Shown: in pieces, positions 11,140 through 19,715 of the stretch
Position numbering within the stretch: position 1 is the stretch's first letter
Layout of the letters: each line of letters starts with the position of its first letter
NCBI RefSeq assembly: GCF_004010195.1
Contig: NC_057754.1
Location: 12,808,878 to 12,828,877 of the forward strand
Reading direction: 5' to 3'
DNA from: Chiloscyllium plagiosum
Taxonomy: Eukaryota
Length of the DNA: 20,000 nt
Program-made: the position numbers and the translations under genes
The notes under the pieces: model-generated
Database searches by the model: none
The model's input: only the letters and a program-made list of their open reading frames with translations
Told to the model about the DNA's origin: nothing

Positions 11140-12230
11140 TAGTTTTGCACTGCTCAACCTGAGAGAGAAGACCCTCACCATTCACCTTATCTATGTATGT
11201 CCCTTATGACTTCGTGAAACTCACTAAAGTCATCATTCAACCTCTTACGATCTTGTGGAAAAAGTCCCAGTCTTCCCAGTCTTCCCAGCCTATTTTATGC
11301 ATCAAATCTTCCATTCCAAAAACATACTGGTAAAACTATTTTGAACTTACTTCGTTTCATAAAACTCTTCTAAAAGCACGGCCACCAAAATTGCACACAT
11401 TGTTCAAGAAAAAAACCTTAGCAACGTCCTGTAAGACCTCAACATGGCGTCCCAACATCTATACTCAAAGATCGGCCCAATGAAAGCAAGTGTGCTAAAC
11501 GCCTTCTCAACCACCCTGTCTACCCGAGATGAAATCTTCAATAAACTATGTAGCTGAACTATGCTCGCTCTATTCGACAACACGATCCAGGGCCCCATCA
11601 TTAAGTGAAAAACTCCTGTGTTTGTTTATAGTACCAAGATGAATTACCTCAGATAGATTCAATTTAAACTCCATCTGCAAGTACTTAACCTAATGGGCGG
11701 CATGGTGGCACAATGGCACAATGGTTAGCACTACTGCCTCACAGCGCCAGAGACCCGGGTTCAATTCCTGCCTCAGGCGACCGACTGTGTGGAGTTTGCA
11801 CGTTCTCCCCGTGTCTGCGTGGGTTTCCTCCGGGTGCTTCGGTTTCCTCCCACAGTCCAAAGATGTGCAGGTCAGGTGAATTGGCCATGCTAAATTGCCC
11901 GTAGTGTTAGGTAAGGGGTCAATGTATGGGTGGATTGCGCTTCGGCGGGGCGCTGTGGACTTGTTTGGCCGAAGGGCCTGTTTCCACACTGTAAGCAATC
12001 TATTCTAATGACCCAAGTGGTCAAGATCTCTTTGTAATCATAGATAATCCCCTTAACTAACCAGTACACCACCCATTTTGGTGTTGCCTGCAAACTTTAT
12101 AACAATGTCTCCTCTATTCTCATCCAATTCAGTTAAATAAATGACAAACAAAAGTAGACTCATTGCTGATCCTTGTGGAATCCTGCTGATCACAGGGCTC
12201 CAGTCTGAAATACGCCCTCCACTACCACCC
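11140..12230 (-). mobile_element. Decayed CR1 LINE fragment (RT C-terminal region) split by an HE1 SINE
   Basis: ORF 11404-11601(-) reads 'VHSLLK...VDRVVEKAFSTLAFIG...EYR.WD.ML..YRTL'. The GIPQGS motif is on the minus strand at about 12165-12185. The sequence is collinear across the SINE. Confidence 0.85.
11695..12009 (+). mobile_element. HE1-type tRNA-derived V-SINE, well preserved, nested in CR1
   Basis: Has a gggcggcatggtggcacaatgg head, B-box gggttcaattcc, core gtgtggagtttgcacgttctccccgtgtctgcgtgggtttcctccgggtgc, 3' ggccgaagggcctgtttccacactgta and an aatct-type tail. ctaatg occurs at both 11690-11695 and 12005-12010. Confidence 0.93.
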
Positions 12231-12309
12231 AACTGGTGAACGTCTATTATGGGTGGTTATTTGTGGGTGAATCCTTAACTAACACGTGGACTTTTTATTT
12301 CAAGGCATT

Positions 12310-12707
12310 TGATTAATGTTCAGAATAATCAGGTTCCTGTGAAAATGAAGGATAACGAAGACAAGGTTTAGAAGTCTTAGATGACACAAAAATTTGTGAG
12401 CTTAGTCAAAATGTAAAATCACACTTTAGGAAACTGAAGACAGACAGAGCTCTCGAAGCATATGAAGATAGAGAAAGAAAATACAAATAACTCAAACAAG
12501 GAGCTAAGATGACTAAAAGGGGCCATGAAATATATTTGACAAAGACCATTAAAGGAAATCTCTATGAAAGGGTTAATGGTAGACAAATCCCAAGAACCTG
12601 AAGGGATCCAGTACTGATGGAGGTGAGGGAGGTAATCATGTATGAAATCTTTCTATCCTTTCCAATCGTGAGAGGTTCCAAAGGACTGGGGAATAGCCAA
12701 CGACATT
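12310..12707 (+). mobile_element. Old host CR1 LINE, segment 1 (ORF2 linker region)
   Basis: Decayed CR1 ORF2 sequence (ctaaaaggggccatgaaat, gacaaatcccaagaacctga) ending at the 'P.DW..AN' codons (ccaaaggactggggaatagccaac), where the minus-strand CR1 is inserted. The left boundary is approximate. Confidence 0.7.
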
Positions 12708-15143
12708 CATAGAACATATAACATAGAACATAGAGCACAGAACGTTGTAGCACAGTACAGGCCCTTCAGCCCTCTATGTTGTGCTGACTTGTGAAATTAA
12801 TCTGATGGTCATTTAACCAATAGCTTTCCATTATTATCCAAATGTATGTTCAATGTCCATTTAAGTGCCCTTAATGTCAGCGAGTTTATTACAGTTGCAG
12901 CCAGGCTGTTCCACATCCCTACTATTCTTTGGGTAAATAAAAACTACCCCTGATATCTGTCCTAAATCTATCACCCCTCAATGTAAAGCTATGAACCTTC
13001 GTGTTAGCTTTTACCATCCAAGGAAAATGGTTCTCACTGCCCACACTATCTAACCCTCTCAATATCTTATATGTCCCGAATAAGTCACCTCTCAACCTTC
13101 TTCTCTCCAATGAAAACAGCCTCAGTTCCCTCATCGCTTCCTTGTCAACCTTCCTTCCATACGAGGCAACATCATAATAAATCTCCTCTCAACCCTTTCC
13201 AAGCCTTACCCATTCATCCCATAATAAAGTGACCATGACTGTACATAGTGCTCCACGTGAGGCCTTACCAGTGTGTTGTACAGCTGAAGCATGACCTCGT
13301 GGCTGCGAAACTCAATCCCCCTCCCAATAAACGTCAACACATCATATGCGTTCTTAACAATCCTATCAACCTGCGTGGCAACTTTCAGGGATTTATGCAC
13401 CTGGAAACCATGATCTCCCTGTTCATCGACACGGCCAAGAATTAGCCAAGTACTCGGCATTCCTGTTATTTCTTCCGAAGTGAACTACCTCACACTTTTC
13501 CGCATTAAACTCCATTTCCCACTTCTTAGCCAGCTCTGCATCTTATCTATGTCCCTCTGTAACATCTGTAGGCACTATCCACAACTGTGCCTCCCTTAGT
13601 GCCATCCACAAATTTACTAACCCAGCCTTCTGCTCTCACATCCAGATCATTTATAAAAATGACAAAAAGCAATAGCCTTAAAACAGATCCTTGCGGCACA
13701 CCTCTGGTAACACACCAATGGCTCCAGGGTGCACATTTCCCAACAATCACCACCCCGTCTTCTTTCAGCTAGCCAATCTTTGATCCAATTGGCTAAATCA
13801 CCTCCAACGCCAATCTCCGCATTTTGTGCAATAGCCTACATTGTGGAACATTATCAAATATTATACTGAACTCCATATACACTACATCAACCGCTTGACC
13901 TTCATCCTCCTGCTTTAACACCTTTCTCGAAGAACTCAATGAGGTCTGTTAGGCATGACCTACCCTTGACAAAACCATGATGACTCTTCCTAATCAAATT
14001 ATTCCTTTCCAGGATATTAAAGATCCTACCTCTTGCAACCTTTTCGAACACATTACCACAACCGAAATAAAGCCTATAATTACCAGGGTTGTTCGGACTC
14101 CCCTTCTTAAACAAGGGGAATTTGCTATTCTCCAGTCTTCTGGCACTACTCCTGTCAACAATGATGTCATAAAGATCAGTACCAAAGGCTCTACAATCTC
14201 TTCACTGGCTTTCCAGATAATCCGAGGATGATTTCCATCGGGCCCAGGGATGTTATCTATTTTCAGATCTTCCAATATTGCTAAAATTTCCTCTTTGTCA
14301 ACCGCAATCCCATCTAATGTTGTAGCCTTTATCTCCATAGTCTCACTAACATTGGCCTTTTCCAATGTGAATGCTGACGAAAAGTACTCATTAAGCAGTT
14401 CCCCTTTGTCCTCAGATTCCACACGCAAAATTTCCACTACTATCATTGATTGACCCTAGTCCTCCTCAAGTCGCGTTGTTATTCATGATATACCTACAGA
14501 GGGCCGTAGGGATTTCCTTGATCCTATCCGCCAACAACTCCTCATGTCACCTCTTCGCTCTTGTTGGCTCTCTCTTGAGATCTTTTCTGGCGAACGTATA
14601 ACTTTCAAGACTCCTAACTGAGCCTTCACGCCTCATCCGCACATAAACTTCACACTTTCTCTTGACAAGTGCTTCAACTTTTTTACTAAACCTTGGCTCC
14701 TTCTTTCGATAACTATCTCCCTGCCTGAACGGATTATTCTTATCAAGTACCCGCAGCAGCTGTTCCTTGAATAAGCTCTACATTTTAAGTGTGTCCATCC
14801 TCAGCGGTTTCCTTCCCCATCCTATGCATCCTAAATCTTACCTAACCGCATAATAATTGCCTATCGCCGAGTTATACACATTTCCCTGCTGTTTACACCT
14901 ATTCCTGCACATTCCTATCGTAAATATAACTTGATTGTGTTTAGTGTCGACGAAGTTCTCACCTACGTCCAAATCTAACACCTGGCCATGTTCATTCCCT
15001 CGTGCCAAAACCAATATGGCATCGCTTCTTGTTGGTCTGTCTATGTACTGTTTCAGCAAATCTTCCTGCACACATTGAACAAAAAATAACCCATTCAAAT
15101 TGCTTGAACAATACTAATCCCAGTCAATATTTGGGATGATAAG
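12708..15143 (-). mobile_element. ~2.4 kb 5'-truncated CR1 LINE: APE C-terminus, RT, 3'UTR and (TTCTATG)n tail; ORF2 pseudogenised
   Basis: Collinear minus-strand ORF fragments: 14838-15098 (APE 'QYIDRPTR..AIL'), 13994-14446 ('PGPDG..PR...TGVVPEDWRIAN'), 13902-14114 ('HGFVKGRSCLT.LIEFFE'), 13547-13753 ('GVPQGSVL..LLFVIFINDLD...SKFVDGTK', mutated FADD), 13206-13460, and 12922-13134 ('LFSLERRRLRGDL'). catagaa repeats at 12708. Confidence 0.95.
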
Positions 15144-15607
15144 AATTACTTTGTTGAAGAGGAATAATCTAGGGAATTAGAGGTGGAAGGTTGTTGGGGT
15201 TGCATCTGCCTCGCCTCAGTGGTAGGGAAACTGTTGAAGATAGTTCTTAGGAATAGGAATAACTCATATTTGTAAAACCATGGACTTAATAGTGATAGGC
15301 AACATACCTTTGTATGGAGAAGCTTGTGTCTCACAACCTTGAGTTTTTTTTTAAAGAAGGGAACAAAGGTGGCTGACAAGGGCAGGGTGATAGATGTTAT
15401 CATGATGGATTTTAGTTAGGCTTTTGAATGACTGATACAAATCATGAAATCACATTTGATCAGCCAGAAGATGGTAAGATGGCTATAGAACTGGCTTGGT
15501 CAAAGAAGGCAGATAGCGGTCGCAAGGTGTTTTGTCAAACTGGAGATCTGTAACCTGTGGTACTCCGGAGGGATGAGTGCAGGGACGCATGATGCATTGT
15601 AATATAT
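15144..15607 (+). mobile_element. Old host CR1 LINE, segment 2 (RT N-terminal part)
   Basis: Resumes right after the minus CR1 with ctttgttgaag...aatctagggaatta, then MDFS.AF (atggattttagttaggctttt) and the G.P.G motif (ggtactccggaggga). Confidence 0.8.
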
Positions 15608-15967
15608 TGTTATGGACAAGGTCAGAACCCTCAAAACATTTCAAGAAAGCAGAACATACCCTAACTTTGATATTTGATTTAAGGAAGAAAGATTTCCAGG
15701 AGAAAATCAGCTCTTCAAACTACTTAGTTTTAAACAAAACTGAATTTATTTGCAAGATTAATGAATGAAGCACAAAGAACAGAAAATAGAATGCCGAAAA
15801 ACTGATCCTATCCGAAAAACCAACAGACTATCCCAACTAATGATCCTGTTCCAAAATACTTGCAACAATCTGTATAAACACCCGTTGGCACAAAAAGTAA
15901 AACGAATCCTTACGGACTTGAAGTCAGGGAGAGAGAGAGGGACCAGTAGCCTTTCTTCACACACACA
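15608..15967 (-). mobile_element. Gypsy-type solo LTR, internally deleted, with probable 4-bp TSD ATAT
   Basis: TGTTATGG...CACACA is flanked by atat (15604-15607, 15968-15971). The reverse complement aligns by eye with about 18815-19192 (caaagttagggt...ttgaaa(t/c)gttttgagg...cata(a/g)ca; gattgttgcaagt; CT/GA tract). Confidence 0.8.
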
Positions 15968-16213
15968 ATATTATTGGAGGAACATCTTTGTCACTGTATT
16001 AAGAAATGTTTCAGATGACAATGCAGATTATTAATTTTGTGGATGGCACAAAGCTTGGGGAGGTGTGGAAATCGAAAAGAATTGCCAATGTATATCCATC
16101 TGTTGGAGACGTGGGGGTGAAATGGCGGATGGAGTATATTCTGGACAAATGTAACGTAATGAATTTTCGTATGTCAATTCACGAGGGAAGTATCCAGTAA
16201 ATGGCTGAAGCAT
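15968..16213 (+). mobile_element. Old host CR1 LINE, segment 3 (catalytic FADD region)
   Basis: ORF 16006-16200 reads 'INFVDGTKLG...KWRMEY..DKCNVMNF', a decayed FADDTK...WQMEFN.DKCEV.HF. Confidence 0.82.
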
Positions 16214-16304
16214 TGTTTTAAAAAATTCTCAAGGTCAGGTTCGTAGGAGAGTAGTCTGACACAGAACAAACGACCAAGAGGCGAGTCTGCTAGAATATGA
16301 GCAT

Positions 16305-16310
16305 TTTATT
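16305..16310 (-). promoter_or_regulatory. Polyadenylation signal AATAAA of the solo LTR
   Basis: tttatt on +. A GT-rich tract (tcttggtcgtttgttctgtgt) follows about 30-50 nt downstream on the minus strand. Confidence 0.6.
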
Positions 16311-16520
16311 CCCCGCAGCGTCGCCACAACCAGGTCTCATACTTACAACGGGTCTGGCTTATACTCACTCTACATGTTACCGGAACTGGGAGCCGTCAGT
16401 TCTCGTAGAGCGGTTGCCAACAACCCACGCTCGGCGGTTAAACGTAACCCCGGAGCAGACTCACCGAACTGGAGACTTTTCCAGCTGATATACTCTTTTC
16501 CAGATATAAACATTCATGTG

Positions 16521-17438
16521 AACAGCAGAGCAAGGCTAAAAAACACATTCCATTCTGGTTACATACAGATAAGAAGATTCACACGGGGAGGTGTGTAATA
16601 AGATTCACACGGGACTAAGCGACACCTTCCATTTTCGGTTAGAGCAGAGCAAGGCTAAAAAACACATTCCATTCTGGTTATTCACACGGGAAGGTGTATA
16701 ACAAGATTCACACGGGACTAAGCGACACCTTCCATTTTCGGTTAGAGCAGAGCAAGGCTAAAAAACACATTCCATTCTGGTTATTCACACGGGAAGGTGT
16801 ATAACAAGATTCACACGGGACTAAGCGACACCTTCCATTTTCGGTTAGAGCAGAGCAAGGCTAAAAAACACATTCCATTCTGGTTATTCACACGGGAAGG
16901 TGTATAACAAGATTCACACGGGACTAAGCGACACCTTCCATTTTCGGTTAGAGCAGAGCAAGGCTAAAAAACACATTCCATTCTGGTTATTCACACGGGA
17001 AGGTGTATAACAAGATTCACACGGGACTAAGCGACACCTTCCATTTTCGGTTAGAGCAGAGCAAGGCTAAAAAACACATTCCATTCTGGTTATTCACACG
17101 GGAAGGTGTATAACAAGATTCACACGGGACTAAGCGACACCTTCCATTTTCGGTTAGAGCAGAGCAAGGCTAAAAAACACATTCCATTCTGGTTATTCAC
17201 ACGGGAAGGTGTATAACAAGATTCACACGGGACTAAGCGACACCTTCCATTTTCGGTTAGAGCAGAGCAAGGCTAAAAAACACATTCCATTCTGGTTACA
17301 TACAGATAATAACAGCAGAGCAAGGCTAAAAAACACATTCCATTCTGGTTACATACAGATAAGAAGATTCACACGGGGAGGTGTGTAGTACGATTCACAC
17401 GGGACTAAGCAACACCTCAATTCCGGTTAGATTCACAC
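16521..17438. repeat. 103-bp tandem array inside the LTR: six identical core units (16641-17258) plus longer variant flanking units
   Basis: Unit AGAGCAGAGCAAGGCTAAAAAACACATTCCATTCTGGTTATTCACACGGGAAGGTGTATAACAAGATTCACACGGGACTAAGCGACACCTTCCATTTTCGGTT starts at 16641, 16744, 16847, 16950, 17053 and 17156, and partially at 17259. Variants with extra acatacagataagaag lie at 16521-16640 and 17311-17428. Confidence 0.98.
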
Positions 17439-17474
17439 ATGTATTGGGACATAATTTTTAACCGTTTCACCACA

Positions 17475-17712
17475 AGCATCAACATACAGAGGGAAGCCGG
17501 CATACACGGCTGTATTTCCCTCAAAGTAGCGACACACGTGGATGAGGTGGTCAACAAGTCATATGATATACTTGCCTTCATCATAGAACATAGAACATAG
17601 AACATAGAAGAATACAGCGCAGTACAAGCCCTTGGGCCCTCGATGTTCATCAGTCCGACAACAGAGTATAAATATTGGCAAGACATGTTTCAGCGGTATA
17701 AAACTTCAGTTA
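17475..17712 (+). mobile_element. Old host CR1 LINE, segment 4
   Basis: ccctcaaagtagcgacacacgtggatgaggtggtcaacaagtcatatgatatacttgccttcatc encodes SLKVAT.VD.VV.K.Y..LAFI. It continues after the 62-bp insertion to tataaaacttcagtta. Confidence 0.82.
17584..17645 (-). mobile_element. Extremely 5'-truncated CR1 insertion (3' end + tail only), 7-bp direct repeat TTCATCA
   Basis: tagaacatagaacatagaacatagaagaatacagcgcagtacaagcccttgggccctcgatg is nearly identical to 19720-19774. ttcatca occurs at 17577-17583 and 17646-17652. Confidence 0.9.
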
Positions 17713-17920
17713 TGTCTCATTTTGAATGTTGCCGCAGGTCTGATGCCACACTTAGAGAGGAATGTGGAGCCTACGGTGAGTGTCATGGAAACGTTTAGCA
17801 AGGTGTTTCCTTGGGCGAATGCTAACATTCCCCAGGAAAACGATCCTTTTACTTTCGCTCCTCTACATCTCTGGAACTTTTCAAAGGCTGACAGAAAACT
17901 CCCAACAGGGCGGGCTCTAC

Positions 17921-18111
17921 CTTTTTGCTTCTGTATGACACATCTCCGTGATAGAGGACAGGAACGACTGCGAGGTTGCTGTGTCTGTGAGCTTTGTATC
18001 ATATAGAGTGGCATAAAATGATTTGTTGATCGTCAGGTCGGTAGACTGAGATGACGTTACTGAGCCATCATCTTCCTTCAGGCTGCTGAGGACAGAACTC
18101 TCCTTGTGCAC
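17921..18111 (-). other. Candidate 191-bp host exon (Ser/Thr-rich, unrecognised product)
   Basis: Lies in non-repetitive DNA. Minus-strand pyrimidine tract ctcgcgtttcttctttcagtag precedes an open frame VHKESSVLSSLKEDDG...TEAK, and the frame closes at AAG|gtagag. No homology recognised. Confidence 0.25.
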
Positions 18112-18147
18112 CTACTGAAAGAAGAAACGCGAGCACATCTCATAAGC

Positions 18148-18578
18148 TCATGTTGAGGCTGCGCAAGACATTGATTAAGCCACTATTGGGATACTGCGTG
18201 CAGTTCTGCTCTCGGTGCTGTGAGAATGATGTTGTGAAAGGATTCACAAAAGATTTACAAGAGTGTTGCTAGACTTTGAGGGTTTCAGTTAATGGGAGAG
18301 GCTGAATAGACTTGGGCTACTTTCCTTAGAGTGTAAAAGACTGAAGGTTATCTTACAGAGGATTCTAAAATCATGCGCGTCATGAATAGGCAAATCGACA
18401 TGGTCTTCTCCCAGTGATGGGGGGATCTAAATCGAGAGGGTATAGGTTGAAGGTGAGAGGGCAACGTTTTGAAAGACATCTTCGTCACACAGAGGATGGT
18501 GCACGCATGGAATGAGCTGCCAGACGAAGTGATGGAGGCTGGTACGATTACAGCATCTAAAAGGCATGTGGATGGGTG
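18148..18578 (+). mobile_element. CR1 LINE 3' fragment, cut off by the following LTR
   Basis: tactgcgtgcagttctg (YCVQF), aaaagatttacaaga (KRFTR), gagaggctgaatagacttgggcta, and tggaatgagctgccagacgaagtgatggaggctggtacgatt (WNELP.EV.EAGTI). Same subfamily as 2292-3196. Confidence 0.88.
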
Positions 18579-18579
18579 A

Positions 18580-19192
18580 CGTGATGTTGCTCTTTTAAAA
18601 AGGTTATGTTCCCCAGTTCTTTTTTTTCAGAATGTGATCAAGATACAGTTTCCGAAATTTCTGGGTTTGATCTACTTGAAGAATATTTTGAGTTTAAATA
18701 AAAAAAGTTTGTATAATGAAAGGGGAGTGGCCAATTCGTTCAGCTCAGAATCACTCTGGTTTGAGGTTTGTTTGGTTTTAACAAACAGTCATTTATGAAG
18801 CTGATGGCCCCAAAGAAGCAGGTCCATGCCGATCCTTTCTCTCTCTCTCTCTCTCTCTCTCTTTTTCTCTGACATCTCTTCTGTAACAAATTGTGTTGGA
18901 TTTCTTTTTTTCTTGCCAAACGATGTTGATGGAGATTGTTGCAAGTGCTTGAAACAGCATCGTTAAGTTTGGATACTCCGTTGACTTTTCAGATAGGTTA
19001 TTTTATATTATGTTGTCTTTTGTTCTGTTTTATTCAGTAATCTTGTGGAACGATTCTGATTTATTTAAAAGTGGTTAAGCCAGTTGCATCACTCCTGGAA
19101 AATTCAGCCTACAACTGCTTAAGACAATTAGCAAAGTTAGGGTCCTGGATAATTTATTGAAACGTTTTGAGGATCTGGTCGAGTGCATAGCA
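18580..19192 (+). mobile_element. 5' LTR of a decayed Gypsy-type LTR retrotransposon
   Basis: Ends ...gtgcatagCA immediately before a PBS-like site and a gag remnant. Homologous to the reverse complement of 15608-15967. The start is approximate (cgtgatg, probably mutated tgtgatg). Confidence 0.78.
18838..18861. repeat. (CT)n microsatellite within the LTR
   Basis: tctctctctctctctctctctct run. It corresponds to the shorter GA run at about 15929-15939 of the inverted LTR copy. Confidence 0.9.
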
Positions 19193-19195
19193 GTT

Positions 19196-19211
19196 TGGGG
19201 TTTGTCTGGAT
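19196..19211 (+). promoter_or_regulatory. Degenerate primer-binding site, tRNA-Pro-like
   Basis: tggggtttgtctggat lies 3 nt after the LTR end and resembles the canonical tRNA-Pro PBS TGGGGGCTCGTCCGGGAT with several mismatches. Confidence 0.5.
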
Positions 19212-19324
19212 TTGTTCTATAGCTCCTATTTGTATTGGTAGACTTGAAGGCAGCGAGTGGTAAGTATTCATGTCTTTCGTGCCGGGTGTTGAATTTGGTT
19301 GGTTTAAACAGCACTTGAGATAGT

Positions 19325-19715
19325 AAAGCCTCTTTCAGCTTTCCGGGGGTTGATGAAGTTACTTTTAGGGGTTTTACAAGACGTGATTAAGGCCAAGCTG
19401 CTGGAATTCGCAGCCAAGTTGGAATAGGGGCTATCTCCTTCCGTGTAGAAATGAGAGATTACAGCAATAGCTCAGTATTTACATTTGCTGGAAACGCCAT
19501 CACAATTTTTAGAGATGTCTAAACCTCAGGTGCAAATGAAGCAGATTGAGGTAGAGCAAAATAAAAATGAAATTCCAATTGAATGTAACTGTTTGAATTA
19601 TGATTAATAGCAGAGGAAAGAAATGAATCACTTCAGTGGAACAAACGCAAAAAGAGAGAAAGAGAGAGAGGAGAGGGTAAAGGAGAGAGATGAATGGATG
19701 AACTTCAGAAAGTCA
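19325..19715 (+). pseudogene. Dead gag N-terminus of the Gypsy-type element
   Basis: The frame from 19374 reads LQDVIKAKLLEFAAKLE*GLSPSV*K*EITAIAQYLHLLETPSQFLEMSKPQVQMKQIEVE, followed by purine-rich E/R/K-type sequence. Its position after LTR + PBS fits gag. Interrupted by CR1 at 19716. Confidence 0.6.

Larger units (their letters stand above)
16214..17474 (-). mobile_element. 1,261-bp solo LTR of an unidentified LTR retroelement/ERV, 5-bp TSD AGCAT
   Basis: TGT...ACA termini, with agcat at 16209-16213 and 17475-17479. The host CR1 rejoins cleanly when it is removed. On the minus strand the order is tandem array (U3), TATA-like motifs (16487-16510), then AATAAA (16305-16310) about 90 nt before the end. 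Confidence 0.88.

Noticed and set aside
11695..11775. tRNA gene (also 1587-1660)
   Set aside because: The A/B boxes belong to SINE heads that continue into the V-SINE core and LINE-like tail. No full cloverleaf is evident.
11690..11998. Two similar minus-strand ORFs (1571-1891, 11690-11998) as paralogous proteins
   Set aside because: Both are antisense translations of HE1 SINE copies.
12922..15098. Active reverse transcriptase or retron-like system
   Set aside because: This is a 5'-truncated, multiply frameshifted CR1 ORF2 with the catalytic FADD mutated to FVDG.
16521..17438. CRISPR-like appearance of the regular array
   Set aside because: The units are identical along their whole 103 bp with no unique spacers. 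No cas genes are present, the context is vertebrate, and the array lies inside an LTR.
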